The position numbers and the translations under genes were made by a program. Shown one piece after another: positions 53,248 through 63,152 of a DNA stretch of 64,000 nt; the first letter of the stretch is position 1; each line of letters starts with the position of its first letter. The notes beneath the pieces are model-generated. The model was given only the letters and a program-made list of their open reading frames with translations. It was not told the DNA's origin and ran no database searches. Origin of the DNA: an uncultured Nitrososphaerales archaeon (lineage in GTDB: Archaea > Thermoproteota > Nitrososphaeria > Nitrososphaerales > Nitrososphaeraceae); the NCBI GenBank assembly GCA_963709405.1, contig CAVPXM010000055.1:32001-96000 (forward strand), given 5' to 3'.

Positions 53248-53581
53248 TTCCAGACTTTACCTCAATTACAACGAATGAAACTGTTTTGGAAAGAGGCCTA
53301 CACTCCGCAATTCTAACCTCGTCCCCCTCTTTTAGATCAATACATTCAGGAGCATACGCGTGCATCCGAGATCTGCTCCTCTCATACCTCTTATATTTTA
53401 CCACAGGGCGAGAGTAACTCCTTTCAACAACTACCATGTTTTTGGCTTTGTAGCTTGCCACAAATCCAGTTAACAATTTTCCCCTTATTGAAAGGCTACC
53501 GTGGAAAGGACATAAATTATCTTCACATGATTTTCTTGGAGGTGTAACAGTAATACCGATATTTCTAACCATCAAAATCAT
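53237..53581 (-). CDS. rps17: 30S ribosomal protein S17
   Basis: CEDNLCPFHG, KYKRYER, IAECRPLSKT. Confidence 0.95.
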   Translation of the reverse strand: MILMVRNIGITVTPPRKSCEDNLCPFHGSLSIRGKLLTGFVASYKAKNMVVVERSYSRPVVKYKRYERSRSRMHAYAPECIDLKEGDEVRIAECRPLSKTVSFVVIEVKSGNGV

Positions 53582-53847
53582 CTCATTCGTAATATACGAT
53601 CCTCTGGTCTTGCTATCAAACTACAACCACTTATAAAGCAAACGCCAGAAGGCAGTTCAACTTTCATGATTTGTACTGCCTTCTTCGGTATAGCTTTCAT
53701 ACCTCTGCCAGTATCCATGACAATCATTTTTTTTGTCTCATAGATTATTTTCCCGCAGGTATTCCTTATTGAAGTCATAGATGAGGCTTTTATCGTGACT
53801 CTCAGACCTATCAATTCGTGGTTCAGAAGATTATCGCTTGTTATCAT
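53578..53847 (-). CDS. rnp1: ribonuclease P protein subunit (Rpp29/POP4)
   Basis: HELIGL, GKIIYETKKM, IPK, RPEDR; lies between rpl29 and rps17. Confidence 0.9.
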   Translation of the reverse strand: MITSDNLLNHELIGLRVTIKASSMTSIRNTCGKIIYETKKMIVMDTGRGMKAIPKKAVQIMKVELPSGVCFISGCSLIARPEDRILRMR

Positions 53848-54053
53848 TTTGACTCAGTCTTTTTTTCGTTTTGTAATGTCATTATTCTCGCGATATCTCG
53901 CCTAAGCCATTTGATATTTCCAGTTTGTTTCTTTAGAGTTCCCTTAGCACCTTCGGATCTCATTTTTGCTAATTCTGTATTCAATTCAAATAGCTTATCT
54001 GATAGATCATTATCGTTCATCTCTCTCAGTGTTTTCAGCTTAACCCTGGCCAT
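53844..54053 (-). CDS. rpl29: 50S ribosomal protein L29
   Basis: LREM...ELAK...RRDIARIMT. Confidence 0.93.
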   Translation of the reverse strand: MARVKLKTLREMNDNDLSDKLFELNTELAKMRSEGAKGTLKKQTGNIKWLRRDIARIMTLQNEKKTESK

Positions 54054-54768
54054 TTGTCTTAACCTCTGTAGTTACGGTCTCCTCGGCTTTCCCTGTAATT
54101 GGTGTTGCAGGGGCAGGGGTGTTCAAATTAGCATCTTGAATGCTAGGCAAGGGTATAGATTCTTGCTTTTGCATTACTGACTCAAGAAACTCAAACTCCG
54201 GCGGAATTTCATCTTTTATAGCGATCTTAACTTGAATGCCCAAGAGACCCATCTTTGTCGAGACGTGTGAAATACTAGATTTTACTATCCTATCTGCAAC
54301 ATCTCCACTCTTTGGAACGACTCCAGAGGAATGCTTCTCAAAATGTGCGCGTTCACTTCTTAATTTGCCACCTATGGATACTTCTACTCCCAAAGCTCCA
54401 GCCCCATTTATCGTATTGATGGTCCACAGTGCCGCCCTTCTAAATGCTGTGCCCCGCTCGATCAGCTGTGCTATCCTGTTGCACATTATTTTAGGATTCA
54501 GTTCAGGAATAGAAACTTCCTGAACAGAAATCTGTGGATTAGTTAGTCCAAATTTCTCTTCAAGTTTGGAGGTTAACTCCTTTATACCACTGCCCTTCCT
54601 ACCAATCACGAGTCCAGGTCTTGTTACATACAATGTAATCCTTGTTCCGATTGGTGTTCTTTGAATTTCAACATCACCGTATCCGGCGTCTTTAAGGCTA
54701 GTTGAGAGAAATTCATCCAGCTCTAAGTTTCGGAAATTATTTTTGACTACATTTCGAGCTGCACTCAT
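54040..54768 (-). CDS. rps3: 30S ribosomal protein S3
   Basis: RTPIGTRITLYVTRPGLVIGRKG KH domain, FRRAA, GKLRSERA. Confidence 0.96.
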   Translation of the reverse strand: MSAARNVVKNNFRNLELDEFLSTSLKDAGYGDVEIQRTPIGTRITLYVTRPGLVIGRKGSGIKELTSKLEEKFGLTNPQISVQEVSIPELNPKIMCNRIAQLIERGTAFRRAALWTINTINGAGALGVEVSIGGKLRSERAHFEKHSSGVVPKSGDVADRIVKSSISHVSTKMGLLGIQVKIAIKDEIPPEFEFLESVMQKQESIPLPSIQDANLNTPAPATPITGKAEETVTTEVKTNGQG

Positions 54769-55250
54769 TAACGTGGTCTTCCCTCCAAGGCGACTATTTC
54801 AAAATGAACTAAAGTATTAAACTTAGGGCTTGCCCTCCCCATCGCACGAGGAGTAAATCTTTCTATTTTTGTGCCCTTGTGAACGACTGCACTAACTATT
54901 GTTAAGGAATCAAGATCCATACCTTTGTATTCTGCATTTGATTCCAAATTGTCTAACAATTTAAGAACCTCTTTTGCGGTTTTCTGTGGATATCTGCCTG
55001 CACAAAAGCCATCCCTAATATTAGAACGGTGAGCTACTTCGTTTTTATACCGTCTGAACGGAACTGCGATCCTCCTGGCAATTACGTCCTCCAGGAAAAC
55101 TCTTGCTCGTTCAATAGACATTCCCTTTACTGCAATCGCAATTTCACGCGCATGTTTGTGAGAAATCGATTTCTCTCGAAGCGCGGCTCTTACATGCTTC
55201 GACCTGTCAAAGCTCTCGAACGAGTATCGAAAATCGCCCATTTTAATCAC
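54768..55250 (-). CDS. rpl22: 50S ribosomal protein L22
   Basis: ISHKHAREI, VPFRRY, GRYPQK, NAEYKGMD, PRAMGRA. Confidence 0.95.
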   Translation of the reverse strand: MIKMGDFRYSFESFDRSKHVRAALREKSISHKHAREIAIAVKGMSIERARVFLEDVIARRIAVPFRRYKNEVAHRSNIRDGFCAGRYPQKTAKEVLKLLDNLESNAEYKGMDLDSLTIVSAVVHKGTKIERFTPRAMGRASPKFNTLVHFEIVALEGRPR

Positions 55251-55654
55251 TTGAGTGGGACATACAGGCTAGATCTAGATGAGCCTACTCCGGGCGCCCC
55301 GTGTTGAACACGTTTATTTGTAATAGAATATTCGCCTAAATAATGACCTATCATCTCAGGCCTGATCGTTATAAGAGAAAATTCCTTTCCATTATGTACA
55401 TACATGCTGAGACCTACCATATCGGGTAGTATAATCATATCCCTAACATGAGTCTTCAACTGACCCTTCAGCTTTCCATCACGTAAGAGCTTTATTTCTT
55501 CTCGCAGCTTTCGCTTATCGTCACTCATATACTTTCCAACTCTCTTGTCAAGAGATCGCCTCTGTCTCGCATTTAATAGAGGTATTAGTGCCTCGATAGA
55601 CAGAGATTGCAATTGTTGAGAAGCATATCCCTTGAATTTGAATTCTCGAACCAA
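55247..55654 (-). CDS. rps19: 30S ribosomal protein S19
   Basis: KTHVRDMIILPDMVG, HNGKEF, MIGHYLGEY, GSSRSSLYVPLK. Confidence 0.96.
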   Translation of the reverse strand: MVREFKFKGYASQQLQSLSIEALIPLLNARQRRSLDKRVGKYMSDDKRKLREEIKLLRDGKLKGQLKTHVRDMIILPDMVGLSMYVHNGKEFSLITIRPEMIGHYLGEYSITNKRVQHGAPGVGSSRSSLYVPLK

Positions 55655-55719
55655 CTATGTCAATTACTCCAACCATATGCTACTTTTAAACCTAACCAAG
55701 AAGGATTTTATCATATATA

Positions 55720-56013
55720 TTATACCAAGCCCAATGTTGTAGCAAGATCCCTGGCTCCTTCGGGTTGCTTAAATTTCAATAGTGCCTTTTTCCCATGAAT
55801 CGTTCTGTACGTATTTACTTCATCTGCTTCGACTTCATACAATATCATCAGGGCGTTTATAATATCCAATTTCGAGGCGCGATCTGAGACAATAAAAGTC
55901 AACTTATTCTCTTTCTCAATTAGGTTAAATGTCTTCTCGGTGATGTATGGTTTTAATAGGATTGACTTGGCGTGGTTGATTGTCATCTCGTTCTTTTCTT
56001 CTACTTTTTTCAT
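55720..56013 (-). CDS. rpl23: 50S ribosomal protein L23
   Basis: PYITEKT, ENKLTFIV, VNT, GKKA. Confidence 0.93.
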   Translation of the reverse strand: MKKVEEKNEMTINHAKSILLKPYITEKTFNLIEKENKLTFIVSDRASKLDIINALMILYEVEADEVNTYRTIHGKKALLKFKQPEGARDLATTLGLV

Positions 56014-56826
56014 GTATTACTAGGCACCTCGATTTTATGATCTAACGGTAATTTTAGACCTCGTAATTTTTCTATAGCGTTAACCGAATAAATAGTCAGT
56101 CTTGCAGGTCTCGAACCGGGGGCCATGTCAAGCACGCTAATGTCAGTCACAGACGCAACATCTACTCCCCTTACTGAGCCCGAAAGATCAAGGATCTTCT
56201 TATTCTCATCAACAATGATTAAAACGCTTTTACCCGATCTGCTTTTCCGTCCCCTCAGTCTTCTAGTACCAGATGTGTTCTTGACAGAATTTTCGACTCT
56301 TTGCAAATCATCGCCGATACCCAGACTCACAAGCGCTTTCTTTAGGTCCTTAGTCTTCACCAAAGATTCTATATTGTTTGATACAACTAATGGTAGACTA
56401 ATTATTTTCCCTAATTTGTGACCACGTCTTTCAACAAGATCTTTATTACAGGTAGTCTGCGATAGAAGAGCATAAGCCATATTTCTTCTCTTTTTTGTTT
56501 ATTTTCTTGTATGTGTTCTTCCAAGATTCTGGAGGATGTGCCACTCTACCATGCCTTACACCTGCAACTCCAGCAGCCTGCCCGGCCCTAGGGAATCCCT
56601 CACCACGCGCTCTGGCAATTCTCGCAATTCCTTGACCAGTATTTCGAGATTCGGCACTAACAACCTCCCCTGCCATTGGATATCTACCCTGCCTCTGAAA
56701 ATTGTGAGATAGCAAATTAACATATGACTTGTGAATAATATCCTCCCGTATCGGAGTGTTAAAAACTACAGGTAGCTCAATCTCACCAGTTTCTAACCCA
56801 TCAATCTCGGATATTTTAGCCTTCAT
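56010..56826 (-). CDS. rpl4: 50S ribosomal protein L4 (frameshift near 56480)
   Basis: SAESRNTGQGIARIAR, GRVAHPP, KKINKKEK and LAPG-like LDMAPGSRPARLTIYS, split over two ORFs. Confidence 0.93.
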
Positions 56827-56828
56827 AA

Positions 56829-57827
56829 TTATTGCGTCACTATCTCCAAGACTTTTGGTTCTACTATTCTTCGACGAGGATATCTCAATGGTTGTCTCAA
56901 CTTCACCAATCTTTTCGCTACCCCAGGTATCGATCCCCTTACGATAATATAATCGGAAGTTACTATCCCAAAATGCTTGAAACCGCCCTGTGGGTTTATT
57001 CCCTTGACTTTGTCCTGTTCCGGATTCGAAATGAGCAATATACGTTTATTATACTCCGTTCTTTGGTGAAAACCTCTTTGACCTTGTCTAGGTACTGTAT
57101 ACATTACGACTGCTGGGGAAATCGGACCCAAAGTTCCCACCGCACGAACACTTTTTCTCGATTTATGTTGCTTTCTCTTCACACCGAATCTTGTAATAGG
57201 CCCTTCAACTCCCTTTCCTCTAGTAATTGCTGACACATCAATGTGCTGGCCGGGTTTAAACACATCAGAAACCCTAAATTCTTTACCAAGCTTCTCTTTC
57301 AAAAATTCATAATTCTTCCTAATATCTTGACCAGATACGGGAATTTCGAAGACAAACGGTTTCTTCTGAGAAATTCCAATTTCATGCGGAATGACCGATA
57401 CCACGGCTACAACTTCTGTAGCCGAGTCAAGGATAGATTCCGCTTTCGTAAACTGATCTTCGCTAAATTTTATTTTCAATTTGCGGGAAAGGTGTTTTAC
57501 TGTATCCTTGGTGAACAAATCAAATATCGCATGTTTTGCATCGTCACCTTGGGTGTAGCCACGAATACCGATAATCTTGATCGGGGGTACGGCAATAACA
57601 GTGGAAGGATTTAGGAGATGCTTTCCATAGTTGGGAGTCTTCTCGCGATCGTCAACTGTCAAAACCTCGATACCTCCCACTTTAAATCCAGCGAATCCAA
57701 GCAAAAAGATTCCCTCAGAGCGCTCAATTGGATAAGTCCTCAGCCTCGCCTCTAGGCTCTTTGCCCGGGCACGAGGCCTAAATGCAATGCTTCCTCTTCT
57801 AGGAGCGCTATATTTACGATGACCCAT
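56829..57827 (-). CDS. rpl3: 50S ribosomal protein L3
   Basis: PRRGSIAFRPR, GKGVEGPITRFG, GQRGFHQRTEYNKRI, GGFKHFG, GSIPG. Confidence 0.96.
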   Translation of the reverse strand: MGHRKYSAPRRGSIAFRPRARAKSLEARLRTYPIERSEGIFLLGFAGFKVGGIEVLTVDDREKTPNYGKHLLNPSTVIAVPPIKIIGIRGYTQGDDAKHAIFDLFTKDTVKHLSRKLKIKFSEDQFTKAESILDSATEVVAVVSVIPHEIGISQKKPFVFEIPVSGQDIRKNYEFLKEKLGKEFRVSDVFKPGQHIDVSAITRGKGVEGPITRFGVKRKQHKSRKSVRAVGTLGPISPAVVMYTVPRQGQRGFHQRTEYNKRILLISNPEQDKVKGINPQGGFKHFGIVTSDYIIVRGSIPGVAKRLVKLRQPLRYPRRRIVEPKVLEIVTQ

Positions 57828-57934
57828 AATATTGACAAATGAACGGTCTTAGTTAGCCATTAATAAATTTATTACTTTGACCAAGGTAGCCAGAACGATG
57901 AGCGCCAAAAAACAAGGTACGATTCAATCCGGAT

Positions 57935-58780
57935 CTAACTCAGAACATGGTTTACTATTGCAAGAGTACCCAGAATTGCTTCCTCAAGCCTTACAGTCCT
58001 CGTCCCTTGCATAGGAAACGAATTTACGACAAGTCCAAACGATCTAACGTCGCTACCCTCTCTTTTTAGAATCTCACGAAGTCCAGTTCTAGGTGCACCA
58101 AATATTATAAGCAAATTTTGCGTAGATTTTAGTCGTTCGATAAGTGTTCGTTCTATTTTTTTAAACGCGGCGCCAGTTCTTGATGTAAGAAGTAGTAATG
58201 CATCTGGTATTTTGGTAATTAGAGAAGTTAAATCAGAACTCTCCACTACTTTATAACCCCAATATTGATCCCCTATCTCATGTGAGGTCGCCTCCACCAC
58301 ATATTGATGAGGATAAGTGGCTAAAAATTTCAGATTTAGAACACTACCCTCCCTAGCACTTCCCTTAAACTTTACTCTTTCCCCCAAACCCACATCCGCA
58401 TAAAGTGTGCCACCCGTCTGAACGATTAATCCAACTCGCACTTCGCCTTCAGGTATTTGTCGCAGCTCCTGAAGCGGTTTATGATGCGGGGCAATAATAG
58501 GATGAAGTATACCAGAAAATTGTAGCTGGTCCAAGAGCGGGTAGATTTTCTTTCGAAGGTAAGGCGGAGTGTTGAGATATGCCAAGATGATCTTGAGCAA
58601 ATTTAGATCGACCTTCGTATATTTCGAGGTTTTATCATGGTAAATGTAAATCCTTCTAACTCGAAATATTGAACAGGCTCGTGCAATTTGAGAGATCATA
58701 ATAGTCTTGTCACGTTTTGTACCTTGCTCGGAGAGCGCAGAGTCAGGAATTGCTACCCATAATTTGGTATCGAGAGGCAT
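57935..58780 (-). CDS. SPOUT-family RNA methyltransferase (DUF171/MTH1-like)
   Basis: IPDS, IARACSIFRV, TPPYLRK, YWGY, FGAP, QGTRTVRLEEA; conserved position upstream of rpl3. Confidence 0.88.
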   Translation of the reverse strand: MPLDTKLWVAIPDSALSEQGTKRDKTIMISQIARACSIFRVRRIYIYHDKTSKYTKVDLNLLKIILAYLNTPPYLRKKIYPLLDQLQFSGILHPIIAPHHKPLQELRQIPEGEVRVGLIVQTGGTLYADVGLGERVKFKGSAREGSVLNLKFLATYPHQYVVEATSHEIGDQYWGYKVVESSDLTSLITKIPDALLLLTSRTGAAFKKIERTLIERLKSTQNLLIIFGAPRTGLREILKREGSDVRSFGLVVNSFPMQGTRTVRLEEAILGTLAIVNHVLS

Positions 58781-59443
58781 TTAACCTTTCAACAGTTGTT
58801 CAATCAATATGTCTAAGGATTCGGTGGATCCGAAGCTGATGTCCTGTACCAGGCCTTTCGTATCTATTAGAATACTTGAAGGGGTCCCACTTAATCCATA
58901 CTCTTCAAAAGTCTTTGCGGTGTACATCTTGGTTCTAAGATAGTCTTTAACGTTTTTGATTATTCTATCCCTTTCTGTTTGTACATATGATCTAAAGTTT
59001 TCAACATTGGCTTCGATGAAATCCATAACCTTATTCTCAGTCATATTTGTATCAACTCTTTCCAAGTAGTCCATGGCAACTGGGAACGGAATCCGATATG
59101 TTAACTTGTTCAGATCCCTGAGTTTACCATACTGCATAAGGACTCTTTGTGTTTCTCCTATAACCTCTCCATTGTCCACGAGCTTCTTTAAATTATCCAG
59201 GTTGTTCTTGTCGTAATCCTCGAATGCAGTTGCCAGTCCTATTACCTTAAAATTATCCATGCCAAATAGATTATGTAATCTAATGCTCTCTGGGATTCCG
59301 TAAATAAAGCAACCCGGACAATTAACCTGGAATACCTCTATCAGGATCACGTTGTCCTTTTCTTTATCAATATTAGTCGACTTTCCCTGTATCCATTCCG
59401 ATACCTTCAGATTTGGAGCCTTTTTACCAATCTTGCTGTTCAT
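58781..59443 (-). CDS. thioredoxin-fold redoxin (AhpC/TSA-like, CxxC)
   Basis: APNLKVSEWIQG, VFQVNCPGC, GLATAFED, GTPSSILID. Confidence 0.85.
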   Translation of the reverse strand: MNSKIGKKAPNLKVSEWIQGKSTNIDKEKDNVILIEVFQVNCPGCFIYGIPESIRLHNLFGMDNFKVIGLATAFEDYDKNNLDNLKKLVDNGEVIGETQRVLMQYGKLRDLNKLTYRIPFPVAMDYLERVDTNMTENKVMDFIEANVENFRSYVQTERDRIIKNVKDYLRTKMYTAKTFEEYGLSGTPSSILIDTKGLVQDISFGSTESLDILIEQLLKG

Positions 59444-59494
59444 GAGACAAATTTGGTTAATCGATATAGTCGCGCAGGTAGGAGCTAGGACAAG

Positions 59495-60232
59495 TCAAGA
59501 TCCACTTTCGGCTTGTCGATCCTTTGAAAACGCAGCGTACTTTTCTATCTCTTGTTCCTCAACCTTCCTCATTATTCTGTCTTCGTTGCTTATCATTGCC
59601 ATTTTTATATGCCTAGCCCCAGTTTTCTCTTCACTTACCAGGTAGATAGATTCCATGGCTAGCGCTGCTCCTTCCTCCATAGAAAGATCGCTTTTGTAAT
59701 TTTTCTCTAGAAATTCAGTCACTTGATCGCTACCAGCTCCGATAGCCACCGCATCATATCCGATATAAGTACCACTAGGATCTGTAAGATAAAGAGACGC
59801 ACCATTGGCGTCCACGCCTGCCAGTATAAGCGCTACACCGAACGGTCGTACCCCTGCATACTGCGTGAATTGTTGCGCCATATCTGCAATATTCTTAGCC
59901 ACCCCTTCCACGTCGACTGGTTCGTCATAAATCAATCTATTGCTCTGAGCAAAAAATCTGGCATGATCTATTTGAGTTCGAGCATCAGGGATATAACCAG
60001 CTGCTGCCACACCTATGTGGTCATCAACCTGAAAAATTTTCTGAGTCACGTTGGAGATTTGCAGTTTTCTAGCTTTTTCCTCTACTGCCAATATGACGCC
60101 ACCCTTAGTTTTTATCCCAATAGCTAAAGTTCCTCTCCTAACGGTTTCAATTGCATATTCAACCTGATAAAGTCTACCATCCGGAGAAAATACAGTAATT
60201 GCCCTATCATATCCTGCTGCTGCTGGTAACAA
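59495..60232 (-). CDS. psmA: proteasome subunit alpha
   Basis: GYDRAITVFSPDGRLYQVEYA, RPFGVAL, TDPSG. Confidence 0.96.
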   Translation of the reverse strand: MLPAAAGYDRAITVFSPDGRLYQVEYAIETVRRGTLAIGIKTKGGVILAVEEKARKLQISNVTQKIFQVDDHIGVAAAGYIPDARTQIDHARFFAQSNRLIYDEPVDVEGVAKNIADMAQQFTQYAGVRPFGVALILAGVDANGASLYLTDPSGTYIGYDAVAIGAGSDQVTEFLEKNYKSDLSMEEGAALAMESIYLVSEEKTGARHIKMAMISNEDRIMRKVEEQEIEKYAAFSKDRQAESGS

Positions 60233-60319
60233 TACATTTTCTACTACTTTGTAGAGTTTAATTTAAATTTACCTTATTATTTTTATATCTCGTCTTATCA
60301 TTGAGATTATATTTGTTAT

Positions 60320-60739
60320 ATGCCTGAGGATGAAATAATTTTCTATGGTCATCCTAATGTGAGATGTCTTCATAGGAGAACAATTGAAGTCACAACTGAT
60401 TCTCATTTGAGTCTAAGAGGTGATTGCATCATAGGGGTGAACGCAACCAAGGCTTGCAAGGACCTAAATGATATCGTAAAAAGGAGAATTCAGGATGATA
60501 ATCACAAGATCAAAATAGAATTTTTAGTGGGAAATATGGTGGTAGAGATAAATGGGAAAGGTGATAAGTCATTGTCTTTACTGAGCAGTACTGATATTGT
60601 AATGAGGAAATCGAATTTTGTATGTTCAAGAACCCTATGCATAAATTGTGACAAAGGGTCGGCAGATATTCCAGATGAGATGATTAGATTATTGCAAGAC
60701 TCGTCTTCCAGAGGGATTCTAAAAATAACAACTGAATAA
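60320..60739 (+). CDS. DUF371 family protein
   Basis: GHPNV..HRRTIEVT, LSLRGDCIIGV, RKSNFVCSRT. Confidence 0.88.
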   Translation: MPEDEIIFYGHPNVRCLHRRTIEVTTDSHLSLRGDCIIGVNATKACKDLNDIVKRRIQDDNHKIKIEFLVGNMVVEINGKGDKSLSLLSSTDIVMRKSNFVCSRTLCINCDKGSADIPDEMIRLLQDSSSRGILKITTE

Positions 60740-60775
60740 TATCTAGCCTAGCGCATCTGAACAACCATTCTTACA

Positions 60776-61618
60776 TTAGTGACGTTGTCCAGCTATCTTC
60801 TCAAATGCAAAAATATATCGTCTTGTTAGCTCGCCGGTGACTTCGGGTGGGATTTGAATAGACTCTTGGCTCAGCTTTTTATCACGAATTTGTTGTAATA
60901 ACCCAGTTTCTGTTAACCAATCTCTAAGGAGCTGCTTGTCGAAGCTCTTCTGATCACTTCCTGGCGCATAACTAGACTTTAACCAGAGTCGAAATTCGTC
61001 AGGGCCGATGGAATCCGCCAAGAGTATCTTCCCGTCTGAATCCATTCCGAATTCGAATTTGACATCAGCTATAATGAACTTGGCCCTTTCTGCAGCGATA
61101 CTCATCTTGTTGTATAGCGAAATTGACACCTGTTCTAAATATTCATAATCATGTGGAGACAAAATTCTGGATTCAAATATTTTTTCCTTAGTAATAGGAG
61201 CATCATGCAAATCTGATTTTGTTGTGGGGTCTAAAATAGGATACGGCAACCTGGCGGCTTTCAATGGCCTGAAAGAATCACCAAATGGATTTGCTGCCTT
61301 CTCGTTATTAGCAAATCGTTCAAACAAACTGCCATATAGATAACCTCTGACGACGAACTCTAACGGAATGATATTTAGCTTCTTCACTTCCATCATGTCA
61401 CTTTTGGGAACTAAAATCATGTGGTTTGGAAAATCAAGGAAATCAAACCAAAATTTAGCGAAGCTACACAACACCTCTCCCTTCTGCGGGACAAGGGTAG
61501 CCAGTCTTATATCGAATGCAGAAACCCGATCGGAAAAATGAAACAGTAAGTGGCCATTGCTTAATTCATAGATATCTTTCACTTTGCCTCGGCGCACAAG
61601 TTTCATTCCTTTGCACAA
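60776..61618 (-). CDS. purC: SAICAR synthetase
   Basis: GKVKDIY, DRVSAFD, EFVVRGYLYGS, PTTK, ADVKFEFG, DKQLLRDWL. Confidence 0.94.
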   Translation of the reverse strand: MCKGMKLVRRGKVKDIYELSNGHLLFHFSDRVSAFDIRLATLVPQKGEVLCSFAKFWFDFLDFPNHMILVPKSDMMEVKKLNIIPLEFVVRGYLYGSLFERFANNEKAANPFGDSFRPLKAARLPYPILDPTTKSDLHDAPITKEKIFESRILSPHDYEYLEQVSISLYNKMSIAAERAKFIIADVKFEFGMDSDGKILLADSIGPDEFRLWLKSSYAPGSDQKSFDKQLLRDWLTETGLLQQIRDKKLSQESIQIPPEVTGELTRRYIFAFEKIAGQRH

Positions 61619-61735
61619 TACTCGGGTAAATACTTCATCATTTGAGTATTAAGTATTATTGTATTGTAATGATGAAGTCTTAGGTTTATTCAATAAAATC
61701 GTACTATTTATAACCATCAAATTGAGCGAATTTAG

Positions 61736-61810
61736 AGGTCATGGTGGGATTTGGACCCACGGCCTAAGGTTTACAAAACCTTCGCTCTAACCAGGCTGAG
61801 CTACATGACC
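61736..61810 (-). tRNA. tRNA-Thr(TGT) with atypical acceptor stem and T-loop
   Basis: GGTCATG/CATGACC acceptor, GCTC/GAGC D-stem, AAGGT/ACCTT anticodon stem with loop TTTGTAA, GTGGG-TCCAAAT-CCCAC T-arm, discriminator T. Confidence 0.82.
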
Positions 61811-61906
61811 AAGCTTTATGTGCTGATCGGGTTCATCTTATTTGACGTAATTAATACTTTGTCAGATTAAATTTCCTTTATTTATGACTCTGCTTAGTCA
61901 TGATAT

Positions 61907-62197
61907 ATGAAAAATAAGTTTGTCAAAGAATCAAATTTTATGGTCCTTGTTAGTATAGAGAATAAGCCTTACGTCAGTGATCCCGAAGGAGAAACAATTC
62001 TTCGAGACCTTGTTTTAAAAAAGGGATATTCGACTGTCCAATGCATCCGAACTGCAAAAGCCTTAAAAATAACTGTGAAGGCAAGAAATTCAAAGCGTGC
62101 AGAAAAAATTGTTAGAGAACTCTGCGAAGAATTGAGAATATTCAATCCGGTCGTAAGCAACTGCACCGTAAAAGTTGAACGGCACCTTCCAACATGA
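61907..62197 (+). CDS. purS: FGAM synthase subunit PurS
   Basis: IENKP.VSDPEGETI, IRTAK, FNPVV. Confidence 0.9.
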   Translation: MKNKFVKESNFMVLVSIENKPYVSDPEGETILRDLVLKKGYSTVQCIRTAKALKITVKARNSKRAEKIVRELCEELRIFNPVVSNCTVKVERHLPT

Positions 62198-62443
62198 TTG
62201 CGAATACATATCAGTTTTTAACCGATAGGTGGAGGTAGATTTCAATTTATGTCAGAATTTTGAAGTGATGAATTTGAGTGATAATTCGTACCCGAGGGCG
62301 AGAATATTTGGTAATAAAGAGGGCAAGTCATATAATTTGGAGGCAACGGTAATTCATCGGGGTATAGAATCTACGACCCGGTGCAAGTGTTACATTAGGC
62401 TCAAGAGAAATTAATAAATCATGTTTTGCAATAACATTTTGCT

Positions 62444-63131
62444 GTGGTTCGTATTGGAATATTAGTCTTTCCAGGAAGCAATTGCGAAAGGGATGTTCAT
62501 CGAGTCCTAGGACAGATGAATGGAATGGAACCAGAACTTGTATGGCATACTAAAAATGATTTGAAAGACTATGATGCATTCATTATTCCCGGCGGATTTT
62601 CTTACGGTGATAGCTTACGCGCAGGGGCTATTGCCGCGCATAGTCCAGTAATCAGGGAATTGAAAAAGATAGCCAAACACGATATTCCGATTTTGGGAAT
62701 ATGTAACGGTTTTCAAATCTTAGTTGAATCGAATTTGCTACCCGGTGCATTGGCGACTAACTCTTGTCTAAAATTTGTATGCAAGCCAACTAATCTTATA
62801 GTAGAAAATAACAGGACCCCTTTTACCGGCTTATTAAGGAGGGGCGAAATGATCACAATTCCAGTAGCTCACGGTCAGGGTCGATATTTAATCGATGGTC
62901 GTTCATACACTAAACTTGCAAAAAATAATCAGATCATACTTAGATACGCTGGGGAAAACATTAATGGATCGATGGAAAATATAGGCAGCTGTTTGCAACG
63001 AAGAAAGGAACGTGGTAGGTATGATGCCTCATCCAGAGAGGGCAACCGGATTTCGAAAAAGCCAAGATATAATACAGTCTAGGGGCTCCCTTATTTTCGA
63101 ATCACTCCGTGCTAGTCTCTTACGGAAATAA
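62444..63131 (+). CDS. purQ: FGAM synthase subunit PurQ (frameshift near 62985)
   Basis: FPGSNCE, PGGFSYGD, GICNGFQIL, PVAHGQG; GMMPHPER is in the shifted frame, ending at TAA 63131. Confidence 0.92.
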
Positions 63132-63152
63132 CTGCCAAGGTCATCTGTTATC

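Noticed and set aside
56446-56480. Programmed frameshifting in rpl4, the bio genes, purQ or trpE
   Set aside because: No shared slippery motif or stimulatory structure; scattered indels fit sequencing error better
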